NCBI GenBank assembly: GCA_021158435.1
Contig: JAGGUQ010000005.1
Coordinates: 527-64,526, forward strand
Reading direction: 5' to 3'
Length of the DNA: 64,000 nucleotides
From: a bacterium
GTDB lineage: Bacteria > Patescibacteriota > Patescibacteriia > UBA2591 > MWDC01
Below are positions 8,742-21,541 of the stretch, piece by piece. The notes under the pieces were generated by a model. That model saw only the letters and a list, made by a program, of their open reading frames with translations. It did not search any database and was not told the origin of the DNA. Positions within the stretch are counted from its first letter, which is position 1. Every line of letters starts with the position of its first letter. A program made the position numbers and the translations under genes.

Positions 8742-10871
8742 TTATTCCTCTTCTTGTTTTCTAAAAACTTGCCTAGGACGCGACCCTTCAGCTGGACCTA
8801 CTGTTCCTTCCTGTTCCAAAAGATCCAACAACCGAGCAGCACGAGCATAACCAATTCTTAGTCTCCTTTGAAGAAAAGTAGCTGAAGCTTTATTTGCTTT
8901 TAAAACCTCTTCTCTTGCCTGATCTAAAAGTTCATCTTCTTCAGCCCCTAATCCTTTTAATCCATTAGAAGCTAAACTCTCTGATAATTCCTGCTCAATA
9001 TCCACATAATCTTCTTGTTCTTGCTCTTGGCTTAAATAACTTACTACGTTTTTTATTTCTTTATCTGAAATATATGGAGCTTGCAATCTCTTTGGTCGAG
9101 AAAGACGAGGAGAAATATAAAGCATATCGCCCTGACCAAGCAATTTTTCTGCTCCAGAAAAATCTAAAATAGTTCTTGAATCAGCCATTGAAGCTACAGA
9201 AAAAGCTATCCTATTAGTAATATTTGCTTTAATTAACCCTGTAATAACATCAACTGATGGCCTTTGAGTAGCTAAAATTAAATGAATTCCTGTAGCTCTA
9301 GCCATTTGAGTTAAACGAACAATACAAGTTTCAACCTCATGAGCAGCAGCAACCATTAAATCAGCCAACTCATCAATTACCACTACAATATAAGGAAGTT
9401 TTTCTACGCCCTCTTGATTATTATAATCTTCTATATTCCTTTTCTTATGCTCCTCTAAAGTTTCAAAACGTCGGGTCATTTCCTTTAAAAGCCATTTTAA
9501 AGCGCTTAAAGCTTTATTTACATCTGTCAAAGGAACAGTTAATAAATGTGGAAGATTTTTATATAGTGTAAGTTCTACCCTTTTCGGATCAATTAAAACA
9601 AACCTCAAATCTGCTGAAGAATTTTGGTAAAGCAAAGTTAAAATAATTGAATTTAGCATTACTGTTTTTCCTGAACCTGTTGCCCCAGCTATCAAAAGAT
9701 GAGGCATTTTAACTAAATCATCAAAATAAACTCTTCCAGCAACATCCTTTCCTAAAGCAAGGGTTAATCTTGACGCTTGCTGAGTAAATTCTTTAAGCAC
9801 CAACAGATCTTTTAAACGAACTATACTGCCTTTCTGGTTAGGCACTTCAATACCAACAAATGACTTTCCTGGAATAGGCGCCTCAATTCTAATTGGATGC
9901 CGAGCCAAAGCTAAGGCAAGATCATTGGAAAGAGAAGTAATTTGAGAAAGCTTAATCCCTTGAGCTGGCCGAAGAGTATATTGAGTAACAGTGGGGCCTA
10001 CTTGGACCTCCCCCATTTCAACAGGGATAGAAAAACTTTCCAAAGTTTTCCTAATAATTTCCTTTGTTTCTTCAATATCTCCTGGATCACAAGTTTTTTC
10101 TGAAAACTCTAAAAGATTAAGAGGATAAGTTGAAGGCGTTGGTTTAACTTTTTTTATAAAATTACTTTCAGCCAAAGGCTCAACATCTTTTTTCAATTTT
10201 AAAGAAACTGTTTTTTTGTTTGAACTAGGTAAAATTGCTTTTTGCTTTAATTTCTTTTTATTTATTTTTACTTTTAAGGGCAAAAGATCTTCTTTTTCTT
10301 CTTGCTCTTCTTCTTGCTCTTCTTTAGGATACCGAGAGCTAAAAATAAAAATAAAACCAGCAGCAATAACTGCCAGAAAAATTACTAAACTAGCCCAAAA
10401 ACCAAAAATTTGAAAAAAGGGCCAAGTTAAAACAAACCCCAAATAACCTCCTCCTTGCTTATTCTTTACTGCTAAAGGATCATCAATTACCATCAAATGA
10501 AGAATTGCTGTTAAGCCCAGAAAAATTAATAACAAGCCAATCCAGGCCAATTTTATTTTATTAAAACGACTTGCTCCAAAGAATATTCTTGCTCCAAAAA
10601 TCAAAACTAGCAAAAATCCCCAGCTTGCCCAACCTAGAACGCTTTCTAAAGCCAGACTCATTTTATTTCCAGCAACCCCAGCTAGCCTTAAAAAACCAAG
10701 CAAAAACACTATAGCAATCACTATTAAAAACAAACCCAATATTTTATACTTTAAAAATCCATCCTCTACCTTCTCCTGATTTTTTGGCTCCATTCTCCTT
10801 TTCTTGGTTTTACTTAACCTAGAAGAACTTCCCTTTCTTTCTTTTCTTTTTCTTGATTTTTTGTTAGCCAT
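8742..10871 (-). CDS. ftsK: DNA translocase FtsK/SpoIIIE
   Basis: 709 aa; N-terminal 4-5 TM helices, linker, motor domain with LLIAGATGSGKT Walker A and ILATQRPSVDVITG, C-terminal gamma-like wHTH. Confidence 0.9.
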   Translation of the reverse strand: MANKKSRKRKERKGSSSRLSKTKKRRMEPKNQEKVEDGFLKYKILGLFLIVIAIVFLLGFLRLAGVAGNKMSLALESVLGWASWGFLLVLIFGARIFFGASRFNKIKLAWIGLLLIFLGLTAILHLMVIDDPLAVKNKQGGGYLGFVLTWPFFQIFGFWASLVIFLAVIAAGFIFIFSSRYPKEEQEEEQEEKEDLLPLKVKINKKKLKQKAILPSSNKKTVSLKLKKDVEPLAESNFIKKVKPTPSTYPLNLLEFSEKTCDPGDIEETKEIIRKTLESFSIPVEMGEVQVGPTVTQYTLRPAQGIKLSQITSLSNDLALALARHPIRIEAPIPGKSFVGIEVPNQKGSIVRLKDLLVLKEFTQQASRLTLALGKDVAGRVYFDDLVKMPHLLIAGATGSGKTVMLNSIILTLLYQNSSADLRFVLIDPKRVELTLYKNLPHLLTVPLTDVNKALSALKWLLKEMTRRFETLEEHKKRNIEDYNNQEGVEKLPYIVVVIDELADLMVAAAHEVETCIVRLTQMARATGIHLILATQRPSVDVITGLIKANITNRIAFSVASMADSRTILDFSGAEKLLGQGDMLYISPRLSRPKRLQAPYISDKEIKNVVSYLSQEQEQEDYVDIEQELSESLASNGLKGLGAEEDELLDQAREEVLKANKASATFLQRRLRIGYARAARLLDLLEQEGTVGPAEGSRPRQVFRKQEEE

Positions 10872-10936
10872 AATAAAATAAATATAAAGTATCTATACCT
10901 TCTTAGTATATCATTATAACAAAGAAAATAAAGTGA

Positions 10937-10966
10937 AAAAGCCCCTTTTCCAAGGAGCTTTTTCCA
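10937..10966 (-). terminator. rho-independent terminator downstream of rpoC
   Basis: minus-strand aaagcucc-uuggaaaa-ggggcuuuuuc hairpin plus U-run. Confidence 0.4.
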
Positions 10967-10994
10967 CTATTTAATATCAAAAATTAACTCAATA

Positions 10995-13900
10995 TTACTT
11001 CTTTTTTTGTTCTTTTTTTGTCTTTTCTTCTTTATCCTTTTTAGGTTGTATATTAACTGGAATAAGCTGACCAACAATTACATTTTCTTTTAATCCTCTG
11101 AAATAATCCTTTTTCCCAGTAACTGCTGCATTGATAAGGACGCGAGAAGTTTCCTGGAAAGAAGCTGCAGCTAGCCAAGAATCTGTGCTCAAAGAAACTC
11201 GAGATATTCCCAAAAGCAATTCTCTTCCTTTGGCTAATTGAGCATTTTTATTCTTTTTCAAAGCCTCTTCATTCATTTCCTCAAAATATGCTCGAGGAAC
11301 TATTTCTCCAGGCAATAAATCTGTGTCTCCTCCATCAACAACTAAAAGGCGGGAGAACATCTGGCGAACAATTACCTCAATGTGCTTTGGATTAATTGTC
11401 TGGCCATAAGAACTGTAAACATATTGTATTTCTCTCAAGATGTATTTCTGAGTGTCAAGTTTTCCTTTCAAACTATAATATTCATGTAAATCTAAATGCC
11501 CATTGGTTAAAACATCTCCTGGCTGGATCTTTTGTCCTTTTTCAACCCAAGGAGAATAACCAGCAATATCATAGACTTCTGTTCTTTTTTCATCAGAAAC
11601 AAGAATAATTTTTTTATCTTCTAATTTTACCTTTGCTTTAATTTTAGCAACAATCCTTTCTTCTACATCCTTCCCTTTCTGAGCTAAAACATCGCCAGGA
11701 AATACCAACTGAGAATCTCTAACTTTTACACTATATCCTTCTGGAACTTGTATTTCTTGCCTTTGTTTTATATCATACTCAAGTTTAATTTCTTTGTTCT
11801 TCTCATCTATTTCAGAAACAACCCCAGGATAACGAGCTAAAATAGCCTTTCTCTTTGGAGGACGGGCCTCAAAAAGCTCTTCTACTCGAGGAAGACCTTG
11901 AACAATATCTTCTCCAGCAACACCACCTGTATGGAATGTTCTTAAAATTAACTGCATACCAGGCTCCCCAATACTTTGAGCAGCAACAACTCCAACAGTT
12001 GCTCCTAATTTAACCGGCTTTAGATTTGCTAAATCATAACCATAACATTTAGCACATACTCCTCGCCTAGTTTTACAAGTTAAAACTGAACGAATCCAAA
12101 CCTCATCTGGATCAACTTGATCAATTTCCAAAGCAAGCTTTCTATCAACCATATCTCCTTTGGAAGCAATTTTCTTTTTTGTTTTAGGATCAATTACATC
12201 CTTTGCTAAAACACGGCCAAATATTCTTTCACTCCATCTAAGGCTCATTTCTTTACATTCCTCCCTGGTTATTTTTAGCCCTTGTTCATCATGACAATCT
12301 TCCTCAGTAACAAGAACATCTTGGGCAACATCAACTAATCGTCTAGTTAAATAACCTGCAGCTGGAGTTCTTAAAGCAGTGTCAGCAATACCCTTTCTAG
12401 AACCATGAGTTGAAATGAAGTACTCTAAAACACTAAGCCCTTCTTTGTAAGAAGAGATAATTGGAAGCTCTATTAATCGGCCAGTTGGAGAAGCAACAAT
12501 ACCTTTCATCCCTATCATCTGCGTTAACTGAGACCAAGAACCTCTAGCCCCTGAAGTTATCATTGATAAAGTAGTATGCTTAGGTTCTAATGACTGGCGA
12601 CATATTTTTGCAATCTCATCCCCTACTTCTAACCAAACATTAATTACTTGACGATATCTTTCATCTTCAGTTAATAATCCTTGTTCAAAAAGTTTTTCTA
12701 TCTCCTGAACTTTTTTCTCACCTTGACGAATGAAATCATATTTCTTAGAAATGCCTGGAAAATCAGAAATCCCTATAGAAAGGCCTGAACGGGTAAGATA
12801 AAAGAGCGTCACTTCTTTAATCTTATCTAAAACCTCACTTGTTTTTTCCTTGCCATACTTCTCATAACATAAACGAACAATTTCTGCTAATTTCCTTTTA
12901 TCAACAACCTCTGAAAGATTATACAATTCTTTTGGAATAATTTGTGAAAAAATTAATCTACCAACACTGGTTTCAGTTACTTTATCATCATCCTGCTCTA
13001 GTTTTACTTTAATAAGCTGGCGAATGTCTATTTTGCCTGTTTCATAAGCAAAAAAAGCTTCTTCAGGACTAGAAAAAATCTTCAAGGAAGAAGGTCTTTC
13101 CTTATCATCAGCTGGTTTTAAAGAGGTCATCCAATAAGCACCCCAAACCATATCTTTAGGAGGGGTAACTATTGCTTCACCATTTGCTGGCTTCAAAAGA
13201 TTGTTTGTAGAAAGAATAAGGTCTCTAACTTCTTGACAGGCTTTCTCAGAAATAGGCAAAAAAACTGCCATCATATCTCCATCAAAGTCAGCATTAAAAG
13301 CAGGACAAACCAAAGGATGAATTTGAATAGCTTTACCTTCAACTAAAACTGGGCGAAAGGCTTGAATGCTAATCCGATGAAGAGTTGGCGCTCTGTTTAG
13401 CATTACATAAGAATCTTTAACAATTTCTTCTAATATCGGGAATACTTCTTCTCTTTTATCATCTACCATATGATTAGCGCTCCTAACATTATGTACAATG
13501 CCCTCTTTTATTAAACGAGAAGCAATAAATGGCTTATACAATTCTAAAGCCATTACTTTTGGCAAACCACACTCATCTAACTTAAGATTAGGATTAACAA
13601 CAATAACTGAACGGCCTGAATAATCTACTCTTTTCCCTAAAAGATTCTGGCGAAATCTCCCCTGTTTACCTCTTAAAATATCAGCTAAAGATTTAAGTGG
13701 TCGAGCTTGCCCGCTGGAAGCAGATGTTGTTTTGCTAGAACGCATTTCATTGTCCAACAAAGCATCTACTGCTTCCTGAAGCATTCTTTTTTCATTCCTT
13801 AAAATAACTTCTGGAGCATTTAATTCCATCAAGTGTTTCAAGCGGTTATTTCTATTAATCACTCGACGATACAAATCATTTAAATCTGAAGAAGCAAAAC

Positions 13901-14846
13901 GTCCTCCATCCAACTGAACAAGAGGACGTAAATCAGGAGGGATAACAGGAATAACTCTCAAAACCATCCATTCTGGCTTAATTTTGTTTTTAAGAAAACT
14001 GCTTGCTACTTTAATTACTTTTGTAATTCTTTTTCGCTGAGAATCATTAGTTGTTTTCTTTTTTTCTTTTTCCAAATCAGCAATAAGTTTTCTTAAATCA
14101 AGTTTAGAAAGAAGGTCTAAAATTGCTTCTGCACCCATTTTAGCTGTAAAGAAGTGCCCGTATTTTAAGGAAAGATCATGGTACTCTAATTCAGAAAGAA
14201 GTCTTTTTAAAACTATTCCTTTTATTTCCTTTTCTGTTTCCCTGTAAGCAGTAGTAATTTTTTGAATTTCTTCCTCTTTTTCTTTTTTGCTTAATTTCTC
14301 ATCTTTCTTTATCTGGGTCTTTCTTTCTTTAAACTCTGCTTTTAATTTTTCTAATGTTTCCTTTTTTATTTTCTCATCAACTTCAGTAATAACAAAACTA
14401 GCAAAATATATTATTTTTTCTAATGATTGAACAGATAATCCCAAAAGCAATCCTATGTGGGAAGGAACCCCTTTAAAAAACCAAATATGAACTACTGGGC
14501 TGGCTAATTTAATATGACCCATTCTTTCTCTTCGAACAATAGAACGGGTTACTTCTACTCCACATCGCTCACAAACTATTCCTCGATAACGAATCTTTTT
14601 ATACTTCCCACAAGCGCATTCCCAGTCTTTTACTGGTCCAAAAATCTTCTGACAAAACAAGCCATCTCTTTCTGGCTTTTGGCTTCTGTAATTTATAGTT
14701 TCTGGACGAAGAACTTCACCGGAAGACCAAGATAAAATCTCTTCTGGGGAAGCAATTTTTAAAGCAATTGAGGAAAGTTTAAATGACTTTCTTTTCTTTT
14801 GTCTATCTTCTAAAGCTATTGTTTTAATTGAAGACAAAATCGCCAT
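10995..14846 (-). CDS. rpoC: DNA-directed RNA polymerase subunit beta'
   Basis: 1283 aa; zinc finger CxxC..Cxx[10 protein letters not shown] catalytic motif. Confidence 0.97.
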   Translation of the reverse strand: MAILSSIKTIALEDRQKKRKSFKLSSIALKIASPEEILSWSSGEVLRPETINYRSQKPERDGLFCQKIFGPVKDWECACGKYKKIRYRGIVCERCGVEVTRSIVRRERMGHIKLASPVVHIWFFKGVPSHIGLLLGLSVQSLEKIIYFASFVITEVDEKIKKETLEKLKAEFKERKTQIKKDEKLSKKEKEEEIQKITTAYRETEKEIKGIVLKRLLSELEYHDLSLKYGHFFTAKMGAEAILDLLSKLDLRKLIADLEKEKKKTTNDSQRKRITKVIKVASSFLKNKIKPEWMVLRVIPVIPPDLRPLVQLDGGRFASSDLNDLYRRVINRNNRLKHLMELNAPEVILRNEKRMLQEAVDALLDNEMRSSKTTSASSGQARPLKSLADILRGKQGRFRQNLLGKRVDYSGRSVIVVNPNLKLDECGLPKVMALELYKPFIASRLIKEGIVHNVRSANHMVDDKREEVFPILEEIVKDSYVMLNRAPTLHRISIQAFRPVLVEGKAIQIHPLVCPAFNADFDGDMMAVFLPISEKACQEVRDLILSTNNLLKPANGEAIVTPPKDMVWGAYWMTSLKPADDKERPSSLKIFSSPEEAFFAYETGKIDIRQLIKVKLEQDDDKVTETSVGRLIFSQIIPKELYNLSEVVDKRKLAEIVRLCYEKYGKEKTSEVLDKIKEVTLFYLTRSGLSIGISDFPGISKKYDFIRQGEKKVQEIEKLFEQGLLTEDERYRQVINVWLEVGDEIAKICRQSLEPKHTTLSMITSGARGSWSQLTQMIGMKGIVASPTGRLIELPIISSYKEGLSVLEYFISTHGSRKGIADTALRTPAAGYLTRRLVDVAQDVLVTEEDCHDEQGLKITREECKEMSLRWSERIFGRVLAKDVIDPKTKKKIASKGDMVDRKLALEIDQVDPDEVWIRSVLTCKTRRGVCAKCYGYDLANLKPVKLGATVGVVAAQSIGEPGMQLILRTFHTGGVAGEDIVQGLPRVEELFEARPPKRKAILARYPGVVSEIDEKNKEIKLEYDIKQRQEIQVPEGYSVKVRDSQLVFPGDVLAQKGKDVEERIVAKIKAKVKLEDKKIILVSDEKRTEVYDIAGYSPWVEKGQKIQPGDVLTNGHLDLHEYYSLKGKLDTQKYILREIQYVYSSYGQTINPKHIEVIVRQMFSRLLVVDGGDTDLLPGEIVPRAYFEEMNEEALKKNKNAQLAKGRELLLGISRVSLSTDSWLAAASFQETSRVLINAAVTGKKDYFRGLKENVIVGQLIPVNIQPKKDKEEKTKKEQKKK

Positions 14847-14854
14847 AATTGTAT

Positions 14855-17800
14855 TTAGTTATATTCTTTTTCAATTTGAACATCTAAACACAAGCCCTTT
14901 AATTCACGAATTAAAATATTAAATGATTCTGGTATGTTAACTTCTTGAATTGGTTCTCCTCGGATAATAGACTCATAAGCACTAATTCTTCCTGGAACAT
15001 CATCAGACTTTATTGTTAACATTTCTTGAAGTGTATAAGCAGCCCCATATCCTTCCAATGCCCAAACCTCCATTTCTCCAAATCTTTGTCCTCCAGATTG
15101 AGCTCGTCCTCCAAGCGGCTGTTGGGTTATCAAAGAATAAGGGCCAATTGAACGTTGATGAATTTTATCTTCAACTAAGTGATTTAATTTCATCATATAC
15201 ATATAACCTACAGCTATAGGTTCTGAATAAGGTTCTCCAGTAAGTCCATCATAAACTTTCATTTTTCCATCTGGCCTAAAACCTGCTTTAATCAACTCTT
15301 GCTGAATTTCTTCTTCTTTTATCCCGCTAAAAATTGGGGTTGCTACCTTGTACCCCAATTTTTCTGCAGCTAAGCCTAAAGCCATTTCCAAAATCTGTCC
15401 TAAGTTCATTCTGGAAATAACCCCTAATGGATTAAGAATAATATCTACAACCCTTCCATCCTCAAGATATGGCATGTCTTCTTTGGGGACTATTTTAGAA
15501 ATAACACCCTTATTCCCATGACGATTAGCCATCTTGTCTCCTACCTGAATCTTCCTCATATCAGCAACACAAACAGTGATTGATTTAATAACACCTGGTT
15601 CTAATTTGTCTCCAGCTTCTCTAGAAAAAACTTTTATACCAATAACCCTCCCATGTTCTCCGTGCTCCAAGTACAAAGAGGTGTCTCTTACATCCCTTAT
15701 TTTTTCTCCAAAAATAGCCTGAAGAAGCTTTTCTTCAGCAGAAAGTTCTGTTTCTCCTTTTGGAGTAATCTTTCCTACTAAAATATCTCCGGATTTAACT
15801 TCTGCTCCTAAGCGAATAATCCCGTCTTCGTCTAAATTAGCTAATTTCTCCTGACTTACATTTGGGATATCTCTGGTTGTAACTTCTTCTCCGAACCGGG
15901 TGTTTCTTACATCAACTGTATATTCTTTAATATGAATTGAAGTTAAAATATCCTCTTCGACTAAACGAGAGGATATAATAATTGCATCTTCGTAATTATA
16001 GCCCTTCCAGGGAATAAAAGCGCAAAGCAAATTTCTTCCTAAAGCAAGCTCTCCTCTTTCCATAGCTGGGCCGTCAACCAACAAATCTCCTTTTTTCACT
16101 GTTTTCCCAACATCTAAGTCCTGACTTATTGTCTGGGAAAGACAAGTGTCATAATTAGATCTTGTATATTTTTTAAGTTTTATTGTCTGTTTATGGCCAG
16201 AAGAATCTTTTAATGTAATTTCTCCTCCGTCTAACTCAGTTATTTTTGCTGTTTTATCAGCATAAATAGTATAGCCGGAATTTAAAGCTATATACTTTTC
16301 CATACCTGTCCCAACTAAAGGAGCTTCCGGCAAAATAAGAGGAACAGCTTGTCTTTGCATATTTGTTCCCATCAAAGCCCTAACACCATCATCATGTTCT
16401 AAAAATGGAATTAAAGATGAAGCACTGCTTACTATTTGATTGTTTGCTACATCAATAAAATCTACTTCTTCTCTGTGGCAAAAACCAGGTCTACCCTTTA
16501 CTCTAGCTTCAATATATGGCTCAACTATCTTGTTTTTATAAACTTTTGTAGAATAAGGAGCTATAATATATTTTTCCTCCTCATAAGCATCAAGGTAAAC
16601 TATCTTATCTGTTAACTTACCCTTTTCAACCTTCCGGTAAGGGGTTACTAAAAATCCTTTTTCATTAACTAAAGCATAAGTAGCTAAGTGCCCAACTAAA
16701 CCAACATTTTGTCCCTCTGAAGTAGTAATTGGGCAGATTCTTCCATAAAAGCTTGGATGAACATCTCTAACCTCTATCCCTGCTCTTTCTCTTTTCAAAC
16801 CTCCTGGGCCAACAACGGTTAATCTTCTTTTATGCTCTAACTCAGCTAAAGGATTAGTTTGATCCATAAACTGAGATAGCTGGCCCAAAGCAAAAAATTC
16901 CCTTATACTATTAGATAAGGGATGAGGAGAAATTAACTGACTTGGCATTACTTTCTTCTCAGTAATGCTGCTCATCTTATCTAAGCAAATCCTCTCCATT
17001 CTTGTCATTCCTATTCTAAATCGGGACAAACACAATTCTCCTACCACTCTTAAACGACGATTAGCTAAATGATCTATATCATCCGGTTCTCCTTTTTCTA
17101 CACTTAAACGGATTATTTCTTTGAAAATTGCAACTAAATCTTCTTTTCGAAGAAGAGTTGTAGTTACATCTTCCTTTATTCCTAAACGCTGGTTCATTTT
17201 ATACCTACCTGCAACGCCTAAACTGTATCTGCGAGGATTAAAAAACATTGATTGGAAAAAAGAACGAGCATTATCTAAAACAGGAGGTTCATTAGGCCTT
17301 AAGTGTCTATAAATTTCAATCATTCCCTCATCTTCTGAAGATGAGGGATCTTTTCCCATAGTTGCTTTTAAAATTTCTGCTCCTCTTTCATAAGTTAACT
17401 CATCTTTAAAGGTATCCAAAAGTTCTTCATCTGTGCCTAAACCAAAAGCCCTTAAAAGAGCAGTTGCAACTGACTTTCTTCGCCTGTCAATTCTTACCCA
17501 AACTATATTTTTAGGGTCAGTTTCAAATTCAATCCAAGAACCTCTATCTGGAATAACTTTAGCTCCGTAAAGAGGAATACCTCTATTAAAATCGCGCGTG
17601 AAAAAAACTCCTGGTGAACGGAGCAACTGTTGAACTACTGCTCTTTCTATTCCATTAATAATAAATGTGCCTCTTTCAGTAACCAAAGGGATATCTCCAA
17701 AATAAACTTCTTCTGTTTGAGTGCGATTTTTTTCCTTATCAACCAGTTTAACTTTTACTCTTAAGGCTGCTTGATAGGTTAAATTTTTTTCTCGGCAAGT

Positions 17801-18028
17801 TTGCTCATCAAACTTTGGTTCATCCAAACGGTGAGATAAAAAATATAGACTATACTTTTTACCTGTATAGTCATTAATTGGGGAAAACTCTTTCAAAATA
17901 TCTCCTATCCCTTTTGTCAAAAAGTATTGATAAGAATCCTTTTGGATTCGAGTCAAATCTGTTAATGGCCAAACTTCTGGATATTCAAATGCACTGGGAA
18001 AATATTGACGAGTTTTATTCTCAGGCAT
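14855..18028 (-). CDS. rpoB: DNA-directed RNA polymerase subunit beta
   Basis: 1057 aa; conserved rpoB blocks (short form lacking lineage-specific insertions). Confidence 0.97.
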   Translation of the reverse strand: MPENKTRQYFPSAFEYPEVWPLTDLTRIQKDSYQYFLTKGIGDILKEFSPINDYTGKKYSLYFLSHRLDEPKFDEQTCREKNLTYQAALRVKVKLVDKEKNRTQTEEVYFGDIPLVTERGTFIINGIERAVVQQLLRSPGVFFTRDFNRGIPLYGAKVIPDRGSWIEFETDPKNIVWVRIDRRRKSVATALLRAFGLGTDEELLDTFKDELTYERGAEILKATMGKDPSSSEDEGMIEIYRHLRPNEPPVLDNARSFFQSMFFNPRRYSLGVAGRYKMNQRLGIKEDVTTTLLRKEDLVAIFKEIIRLSVEKGEPDDIDHLANRRLRVVGELCLSRFRIGMTRMERICLDKMSSITEKKVMPSQLISPHPLSNSIREFFALGQLSQFMDQTNPLAELEHKRRLTVVGPGGLKRERAGIEVRDVHPSFYGRICPITTSEGQNVGLVGHLATYALVNEKGFLVTPYRKVEKGKLTDKIVYLDAYEEEKYIIAPYSTKVYKNKIVEPYIEARVKGRPGFCHREEVDFIDVANNQIVSSASSLIPFLEHDDGVRALMGTNMQRQAVPLILPEAPLVGTGMEKYIALNSGYTIYADKTAKITELDGGEITLKDSSGHKQTIKLKKYTRSNYDTCLSQTISQDLDVGKTVKKGDLLVDGPAMERGELALGRNLLCAFIPWKGYNYEDAIIISSRLVEEDILTSIHIKEYTVDVRNTRFGEEVTTRDIPNVSQEKLANLDEDGIIRLGAEVKSGDILVGKITPKGETELSAEEKLLQAIFGEKIRDVRDTSLYLEHGEHGRVIGIKVFSREAGDKLEPGVIKSITVCVADMRKIQVGDKMANRHGNKGVISKIVPKEDMPYLEDGRVVDIILNPLGVISRMNLGQILEMALGLAAEKLGYKVATPIFSGIKEEEIQQELIKAGFRPDGKMKVYDGLTGEPYSEPIAVGYMYMMKLNHLVEDKIHQRSIGPYSLITQQPLGGRAQSGGQRFGEMEVWALEGYGAAYTLQEMLTIKSDDVPGRISAYESIIRGEPIQEVNIPESFNILIRELKGLCLDVQIEKEYN

Positions 18029-18153
18029 AGGTTAGTGTAAATTTAGTAGGCAAGATTAAATAAGTAAAAAAATAAAACAATAAAAAATAACACTAAGAGC
18101 CCTTAGCAAAAGTCTTTTCTAAAAAGAATATTTTATTTTATTATACTTTTTCC

Positions 18154-18182
18154 ACTTTAACCTTTTTTGTAAAATTTGTCAA
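18154..18182 (-). promoter_or_regulatory. candidate sigma70 promoter for rpoBC (-35 TTGACA 18182-18177, 17-nt spacer, -10 TAAAGT 18159-18154)
   Basis: minus-strand ttgaca-aattttacaaaaaaggt-taaagt seen in sequence; a consensus TATAAT also lies 8 nt further downstream. Confidence 0.35.
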
Positions 18183-18231
18183 GAGTCTTAAAATGCCCAT
18201 TATTAATGGGCAAAACGAAGCTTTCCACAAA

Positions 18232-19584
18232 TTATCCACAATCTAATTTTTTGTTTTTTAAAATTTCTAAACAAACCTGCTTATCATTCCAAGGAATTTG
18301 AGTATTATTTGGTCCCATAATTGCCAATTCTGAACCCTTACCAGTAATTACAATTTTATCTTTTGGCTTGGCTAAAGAAATTGCTTTTTCAATTGCTTTT
18401 TTTCTATCTAAAACCTTAAACAAATTTTTCCCTAAAGATTGAAGAGATTCCTTTTTTATTCCTTTTTCTATATCTAGAATAATCTTTTCTGGATCTTCAT
18501 CATAAGGATCTTCATTGGTTAAAATAATATCCTGACAATAATTAAAAGCAATTTCTCCTAATTTTTCTCTTTTCCATTTATCCCTTCCCCCACCAGCAGA
18601 TCCTAAAACACAAATTAATTTACTTTTATCCTGAGACAATGTCTGATAAACCTTTTCCAATTCTTCAGGAGTATGAGCATAATCAATATAAACACTAAAA
18701 GGTTCTTTTAAAATACATTCCATTCTACCTGGAACTGATTTTATCTTTTCTAAACATTCTTTAAAAACACCAAAACTAAGCCCGGCAAAATCAGCTAAAC
18801 ACAAACTAGCCAAAACATTGTAAACATTAAACTCTCCAGGTAAATAAGATTTAAATTTATAACCTAGAACTTCAAATTCTATATAATCTTCATAAATACA
18901 AATATTTTCTGCTTTAAAAACTTTAACATGCCTCTTTTCTAATAAATCTTTACTTGCTTTAATCTTTCCTAAAGTATAACCATAATATTTGTCCGCCCTA
19001 AAACTAAGGAAATAATCCGCAAAATCATCATCTAAATTCACTACTATTACTTTAGGAATTTTTTCTCCTTTAATCATTTTCCGAGGACAACGAGAAAGAT
19101 AAGCAAACAATTCCCCTTTTGCTCTTTTATAATTTTCAAAACCTTTATGAGCCTCTATATGTTCTGGGGAAAGGTTAGTAAAAGCAACTACATCATAATT
19201 AACTGCTAAATGTCTTGCCTGAATAATTCCCTGAGAAGACGTTTCTATTATTGCAAATTCCTTATTAGATTTTACCATCTTATAAAGAGCACGAGATAAA
19301 AAAAACCGACCAGGCATGGTCATTTTAAGAGAATTAGGAATTTGTTTATCCCCTATCTTAAAACTAATTGTTGAAACCCAACCAGTTTTTATCCCAGCTA
19401 ATTCAAATATATTACCAGTCAACCAAACAACTGTAGACTTACCTGCTGTTCCAGTAACTCCAATCACCTTCAGTTTTGAACAAGGATTAAAATAAAGTAA
19501 AACAGAAAAACGAGCTAAAAAATAGTGGTAAAAATATAAGAGTTTTGAAGGAATTAACTTCTTTAATAAAGATTTAAAATTCAT
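18232..19584 (-). CDS. Mur ligase family protein (MurE/MurF-like UDP-MurNAc-peptide ligase)
   Basis: 450 aa; VIGVTGTAGKSTV P-loop, NLSPEHIEAH, DYAHTPEELEKV, GSAGGGRDKWKR, ITGKGSE motifs of Mur ligases. Confidence 0.7.
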   Translation of the reverse strand: MNFKSLLKKLIPSKLLYFYHYFLARFSVLLYFNPCSKLKVIGVTGTAGKSTVVWLTGNIFELAGIKTGWVSTISFKIGDKQIPNSLKMTMPGRFFLSRALYKMVKSNKEFAIIETSSQGIIQARHLAVNYDVVAFTNLSPEHIEAHKGFENYKRAKGELFAYLSRCPRKMIKGEKIPKVIVVNLDDDFADYFLSFRADKYYGYTLGKIKASKDLLEKRHVKVFKAENICIYEDYIEFEVLGYKFKSYLPGEFNVYNVLASLCLADFAGLSFGVFKECLEKIKSVPGRMECILKEPFSVYIDYAHTPEELEKVYQTLSQDKSKLICVLGSAGGGRDKWKREKLGEIAFNYCQDIILTNEDPYDEDPEKIILDIEKGIKKESLQSLGKNLFKVLDRKKAIEKAISLAKPKDKIVITGKGSELAIMGPNNTQIPWNDKQVCLEILKNKKLDCG

Positions 19585-19592
19585 TTATTTTA

Positions 19593-20168
19593 CTACTTTA
19601 TCACCTTATCAATAATCCCGTAAGCTTTAGCTTGTTCAGCGGTCATATAAAAATCTCTATCTGTATCTCGAACAATCTTTTTTAAAGACTGACCAGTATG
19701 TTTAGCTAGAATATGATTAATCCTATCTCTTACCTTCAAAATGTGTTCTGCTCTTATTTTAATATCTATTGCTGCGCCCTCAGTTCCTCCCATAACCTGA
19801 TGAAGCATTATCTCAGCATTGGGTAAAGCAAACCTTTTATTCTTTGCTCCAGCAGCTAAAAGTACTGCTCCCATTGAGGCAGCTGTTCCAACACAAATTG
19901 TAACAACATCAGGTTTAACATATCTCATTGTATCATAAATTGCCAATCCAGCAGTAACTGAACCTCCTGGTGTGTTCAAATACAATTTTATATCTTTATT
20001 CTTGTCTTCACTTTCCAAAAACAAAAGCTGAGCAATAACAGTATTTGCTACAGCATCATCAATAGGTGAGCCAAGAAAGATTATCCTTTCCTTAAGTAAA
20101 CGGGAATAAATATCATAAGCACGTTCTCCAAAATCAGATTTTTCAACAACAGTTGGGATAAGATGCAT
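19593..20168 (-). CDS. clpP: ATP-dependent Clp protease proteolytic subunit
   Basis: 191 aa; [27 protein letters not shown] (Ser-His-Asp triad context). Confidence 0.9.
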   Translation of the reverse strand: MHLIPTVVEKSDFGERAYDIYSRLLKERIIFLGSPIDDAVANTVIAQLLFLESEDKNKDIKLYLNTPGGSVTAGLAIYDTMRYVKPDVVTICVGTAASMGAVLLAAGAKNKRFALPNAEIMLHQVMGGTEGAAIDIKIRAEHILKVRDRINHILAKHTGQSLKKIVRDTDRDFYMTAEQAKAYGIIDKVIK

Positions 20169-20220
20169 AGGCTAAATATTTATAACTACTATATAAACTA
20201 TTCTTAGCTTAGAAATCCTA

Positions 20221-20248
20221 TTGTTTTTGTCAAGAGGTTCTTTATAAT
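20221..20248 (+). promoter_or_regulatory. candidate promoter for fmt (-35 TTGTTT, ~16-nt spacer, -10 TATAAT 20243-20248)
   Basis: seen in sequence in divergent clpP/fmt intergenic region. Confidence 0.3.
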
Positions 20249-20269
20249 GAAAAAAATAAAAAATTATAT

Positions 20270-21232
20270 ATGGCTGAAAAAAATTCAAAAAACCTAAATT
20301 ATGTTTTCTGGGGAACTGCCTTATTTGGGGCAATCATTTTAGAAGAACTTGTAAAAAATAATCTTTTTCCACATGCTGTTATTACTCAACCAGATAAACC
20401 TCAAGGAAGAGGGAAAAAGGTATCTTTTTCACCAGTAAAAGAAATTTCTTTAAAATACAACTTAAAAGTTCTTCAACCTGAAGATATTAGCAATAACCTT
20501 CAATTTGTAAACTTGCTAAAAAAGTTTAAACCTGAATTGTTCATCTTAGCTGGTTATGGGAAAATTCTTCCCCTTGAAATAATTAATCTTCCTCAATTTG
20601 GATCACTTAATATTCATCCATCTCTTTTGCCAAAATATCGTGGCGCTTCTCCTGTCCAATTTACAATTTTAAATAATGACAAAATAACAGGAATTTCCAT
20701 CATCCTAATGGATGAAAAAATGGATCACGGCCCAATTGTTGCTCAAGAAAAAATAAAAATAAACCCCAAATCAATAACTGCCCCAGAACTATCTTCTAAA
20801 TTAGCCTACTTGTCAGCAAAAACTCTCCTAAAAACTATTCCTTTATGGTTAAACAAAAAAATAACTCCTATTCCTCAAAAAGACAGCCAAGCAACTTATA
20901 CAAAAATAATTCAAAAAAAACATGGAGAAATTAATTGGAACAATTCAGCAGAGTTTATTGAAAGAATGACCAGAGCTTTTACTCCCTGGCCATCAGCTTA
21001 TACAAAATGGGATAATAAAATAATAAAAATTCTTAAAGCAAAAGTTGTAAAAAACCAAATAAAAAAAACAACTCCAGGCAGAGTGTTCTTAAATGAAAAT
21101 AAGGAATTTTGTATAGGAACAGGACAAGGTATTCTTATTGTTGAAAAAATTCAAATTCAAGGGAAAAAGCCTGTAAGTGCTAAAGATTTTTTAAATGGCT
21201 ATCAACAAATAATTGGCGCAATACTCGGCTAA
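20270..21232 (+). CDS. fmt: methionyl-tRNA formyltransferase
   Basis: 320 aa; SLNIHPSLLPKYRGASP formyltransferase motif, C-terminal Fmt domain. Confidence 0.9.
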   Translation: MAEKNSKNLNYVFWGTALFGAIILEELVKNNLFPHAVITQPDKPQGRGKKVSFSPVKEISLKYNLKVLQPEDISNNLQFVNLLKKFKPELFILAGYGKILPLEIINLPQFGSLNIHPSLLPKYRGASPVQFTILNNDKITGISIILMDEKMDHGPIVAQEKIKINPKSITAPELSSKLAYLSAKTLLKTIPLWLNKKITPIPQKDSQATYTKIIQKKHGEINWNNSAEFIERMTRAFTPWPSAYTKWDNKIIKILKAKVVKNQIKKTTPGRVFLNENKEFCIGTGQGILIVEKIQIQGKKPVSAKDFLNGYQQIIGAILG

Positions 21233-21235
21233 ATT

Positions 21236-21529
21236 TTAACCTTTAACAAGTATAAACTTTACTTTAGGAACTCTAAAAGATCTAATACTTTGCCCTAAAA
21301 CATAACGGAAATACTTCTTGTTTTCCTGAAAAATTTCCTCAACCTTTTCTCTTTTTTCCAAAGGATAAACATTAAAATAAACACGTGCTTGTTCCAAATC
21401 TTTGTCTATTTTCACCTCTATAATATTCACTAGTACGTCCTCCCCTATTTCTTCTTCAATAAAACTTTGAACTTTTTCTGCAATAACCCTCTTAATTTTC
21501 TTAACCAATCTTTGCTGATAATAAGACAT
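21236..21529 (-). CDS. rbfA: ribosome-binding factor A
   Basis: 97 aa; KH-like pattern VNIIEVKIDKDLEQARVYFNVY .. R.VP.V.F typical of RbfA. Confidence 0.5.
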   Translation of the reverse strand: MSYYQQRLVKKIKRVIAEKVQSFIEEEIGEDVLVNIIEVKIDKDLEQARVYFNVYPLEKREKVEEIFQENKKYFRYVLGQSIRSFRVPKVKFILVKG

Positions 21530-21541
21530 ATTTAAATTATT

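Noticed and set aside
11396-11608. Short antisense ORFs inside conserved genes (e.g. 11396..11608 and 14514..14735 in rpoC, 43603..43821 and 44359..44706 in the ribosomal cluster, 63266..63565 opposite livH, 57400..57660 over the SBP remnant)
   Set aside because: They are embedded opposite highly conserved coding sequence, have low-complexity or serine/phenylalanine-rich translations typical of antisense AT-rich DNA, and lack start context. Treated as noise.
10995-18028. Alternative genetic code (UGA recoding as in SR1/Gracilibacteria)
   Set aside because: Very long conserved ORFs (rpoC 1283 aa, rpoB 1057 aa, fusA, ftsK) are uninterrupted under the standard code. In-frame UGA sense codons would have fragmented them in the supplied ORF track.
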